This document shows, piece by piece, positions 61,601 through 64,000 of a DNA stretch of 64,000 nucleotides. Both the position numbers and the translations under genes were made by a program. The notes beneath the pieces were generated by a model. The model saw only the letters and a list, made by a program, of their open reading frames with translations, made no database searches and had not been told where the DNA came from. Positions within the stretch are counted from its first letter, which is position 1. Each line of letters starts with the position of its first letter. Source of the stretch: Veleropilina oligotropha (Eukaryota); contig JBEUKZ010000008.1 of assembly GCA_048128005.1 (NCBI GenBank), positions 1-64,000 of the forward strand, given 5' to 3'.

Positions 61601-62597
61601 ACCACGAAGTTCAGGTTATCTGCTGTGGCGATCAGGGCCAGCCACCACCGATTACGGGGGAAATGCCGCACGATTGGCTGCGAAGGACCGCGGACTACTA
61701 TGAAGAGATCGAAGTAGACTACAGGGCGAAAGACGACCCTGCCCTCCAAGCCCTGAAAAGACGTATCCGCCTCCAGCCGGACAAAATCCAGTGCGGGGAA
61801 ATGCGTAAGACTCTCCCCAGCTGCCTCGGATGGGATCGGTTCGTCAACACCTGGAGGCCAGGCGACCTAATCCTCACCAGCCGTCAGAAGGTCCGCAAAC
61901 GGGCTCAAAAGCTGTTGCTCCAGAGGCACAAGGAGCACTTCCCAGACTCCCCGGTACCTATCCTGTACCACCCCAGGACACCCGTAAGCAAAACATCATG
62001 GTAACGATTCCGGGCACCGACGAAAGAGAGGAGCTAGTTCTCAACGACGTCGTAGAGGTCACCATTGACGCCGCTGAGAGGGCTATTCAGACCACGGATT
62101 GGCGCCTGGGCTATGCTCTCACCATCCATTCGAGCCAGGGTCTTACGATTCACGACCCGCAGAGGGTCTGGATCATCGATGACTACCTTCAGTGGAGTAA
62201 TCTCGCCCACCTAGCCGTGTCCCGGGTGGAGCATCTGCATCAGCTCGAACGGGTAACCTGTCCTCTGGATGAGGGTGCTGAGGACAGGCCGCCCCAAACC
62301 GAGCAGCAGGTTCGAAAGACCATCCAGAAAAAGCTTGTGGCGTACAAACGCCAGGACCAGGCAAAGGGACTCCAGGGATTTAACCTCAAGGTCGATGACA
62401 TCCTGCAGCTCAAAGAAGCCCTTGACAACCGCTGCGCAGCATGCAACATAGAGCTGCTCTGGGCCTACCAGCCCAAAGACACACAGCAGTTCAGTGTCGA
62501 CCGTGTGGACAACAGCAGGGGCCACATCTGCGACAACATGCGCTTAACGTGTCTGGAATGTAACCGAAAACGAGGATTTGCGGCTGTTAACGCCTGA
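58693..62597 (+). CDS. ~1300-aa polyprotein (three apparent 1-bp frameshifts): HeH/Rho-N-like, putative protease, PolB-like, SF1 helicase, HNH-like
   Basis: ELRGLAKDYGI..SKLKKHDLI; NCVAQRV..CHNGHAW; IDMKACYPAS, IIGKF, VATDSIY; GGGGCGKT, FTPTH, IIWDE, GDQGQPPP, GYALTIHSSQG, LAVSR; CAAC..SVDRVDNSRGH..NMRLTCLECN. Confidence 0.8.
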
Positions 62598-63586
62598 GAA
62601 CCGGCGGCAGCTGGGTGTCACGAGGCACCACGAGAAGTTCCTCTCGAACAAACCCACGCGGTGGTCCATCGAGCAAGTAGTAGAGCACAGGCTCGTCAGG
62701 CTTCGTGACAGAGCGTCCAAGCCTGTGAACCGTCAAAGACCACACCGGGTCAGTCGCTCGCCGGCGACCACCCTCCAACTCACCGGGTTGGTATAGGTAT
62801 CGAACATCTACGTCAGAGGGGAGTTTCTGTTCCTTCCCCTGTCGGTCTGGAACAGTGGAAGAGGGCTTTTGGGCAACGCGAGGTGCCTTGATGGCGTCCT
62901 TGGGCTTTTTACCGGTGAGGCGGGTCTCTTCCCCATTCAAGGCCGCAACGACGGCCGGTAACCGGGCGACCCACTCAGTCGACCTTTGACCCTCTTTCCC
63001 AGACTCTGCAAACCGCATCTCTGTTGCATACTGGTGCCCGAAGAGCCGCTCAGCGAGCGTCCGGTTGAAGCGCTCCACGATCCCTTGATCGCGATGGAGA
63101 TCCACACGGCCACGCCTAACCTCGACATTATGTGTAGCCAGCAGCTGGGAGACCGCGCCCATAAACTCTCGCCCTGGATCAACCTGAAGCAATTTCGGCC
63201 AGCTAAGAGGACTCCACCTGTAGATTCGAGACAGAGCTTCAGCAACCCCTCTGGCCTCTTTTGTGGCCAGAGGCTCGGCCTCTTTGTAGCGACTGGCCAC
63301 ATCGACAACCGTAAGCACATACTTGTACGTTTTACGACCGACCTTGTCATGTGGGAGAAACAGGAGGTCGGCTTGGTGAACCCGCGTTCGGCGTTACGAC
63401 GTCGAATTTTGGTCTTGGAATCCACCGTGGCGCAGGTAAATAGATTTGCCAGATGGCCTGCTTCTTCAGCCAATCCCGGGCCACGTCTTCAGAGACATCT
63501 ACTGCGGCCGAGAGATGTTGTATCGCGGCGATCCCTTTCCAGTAGCCTCGGGGGCTATAGTAGATAGTCGCAAGCTTCCGGTCCAT
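62587..63586 (-). CDS. rve-type integrase (one apparent 1-bp frameshift near 63383)
   Basis: MDRKLATIYYSPRGYWKG..WLKKQ, then VHQADLLFLPHD..YKYVLTVVDVASRYK, VDPGREF and IVERFNRTL; the D, D and E are all present. Confidence 0.85.
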
Positions 63587-63854
63587 TCCGCGCCATCGAG
63601 TTCTTTTGCCGGTCTTCGCTGCCATCGAGACTGGCAATGTATTCCAGTAAACTGATCAGTCTCCAACAGGCTTCAGCTTCCGGAGCCGGTCGCTGCGCAG
63701 TCGCTGCCCGTAGGTTGGTCGGGCCCGAGAGCACCAGGACCGCGAACCGCACCATAGTCTTTTCGTTGCGCCGCCAGCAGTCGAGTGACGTAGTACCAAG
63801 GCCCACCCCGCTGACCGCAAGCATGGCACAGTATAGCTCTTCTGGGAGCCCCAT
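63555..63854 (-). CDS. Hypothetical protein (homolog of 48916-49170)
   Basis: MGLPEELY..GLGTTSLDCWRRNEKTMVRFAVLVLSG is shared. Confidence 0.55.
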   Translation of the reverse strand: MGLPEELYCAMLAVSGVGLGTTSLDCWRRNEKTMVRFAVLVLSGPTNLRAATAQRPAPEAEACWRLISLLEYIASLDGSEDRQKNSMARNGPEACDYLL

Positions 63855-63894
63855 TATTATACATGTCCACGAAAAAAATGTCCACTAGAAATAA

Positions 63895-64000
63895 TTAGGC
63901 GAGCTTGTAGGCTACCAACCTGGTAGCCGCCATCCCAAGAATGATGAAGGTGATCTCACGTCCCTTCTGGTCATCACTAGGCGTGTAGTAGTCGGACAGG
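63895..64000 (-). CDS. C-terminus of the 143-aa membrane protein homolog (partial)
   Basis: LSDYYTPSDDQKGREITFIILGMAATRLVAYKLA*. Confidence 0.75.
   Translation of the reverse strand, partial: LSDYYTPSDDQKGREITFIILGMAATRLVAYKLA

Larger units (their letters stand above)
57708..64000. mobile_element. Unclassified Polinton-related element, copy 2 (inverted relative to copy 1; runs off the window end)
   Basis: Starts AGCAGCAGCAGGGG exactly where LINE homology stops; same gene set as copy 1. Confidence 0.8.

Noticed and set aside
48120..64000. One giant element whose TIRs are the two inverted copies, or a Helitron because of the SF1 helicase
   Set aside because: The cores are too divergent to be TIRs, and copy 2 has its own terminus within a LINE. 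I found no HUH Rep motifs or TC/CTAG ends, and a DDE integrase is present.

Overview
Eukaryotic, repeat-saturated DNA, with a TE repertoire typical of a marine invertebrate, probably a mollusc (inference). Bases 1-25 kb are a nest of LINEs (an I/Nimb-like element with gag, EN, RT and RNase H, two CR1/L2-type elements, and older fragments), a Helitron, HINE-like elements, MITEs and SINE-like repeats. They surround one orphan exon of NADP-isocitrate dehydrogenase. Bases 25139-41603 are a complete 16.5-kb Maverick/Polinton with 913-bp TIRs and a GAGAAG TSD. It encodes pPolB, ATPase, protease, MCP, penton, integrase and a tandem-PC4 protein; its pPolB gene appears to be spliced and its penton has a premature stop. 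A dead Tc1 lies at 46329-47843. The most unusual content is at 48-64 kb: two oppositely oriented, GC-rich copies of an element I cannot name. Each has a retroviral-type integrase convergent with a ~1300-aa polyprotein (HeH/Rho-N-like domain, putative Cys/His protease, divergent family-B polymerase motifs, SF1 helicase, HNH-like finger), plus small membrane and Zn-finger ORFs. No capsid genes are visible. The two copies have near-identical flanking genes but strongly diverged integrase and polymerase cores, and copy 2 begins with a Polinton-like AGCAGCAGC terminus inside a LINE. All calls come from motif reading only; no searches were run.
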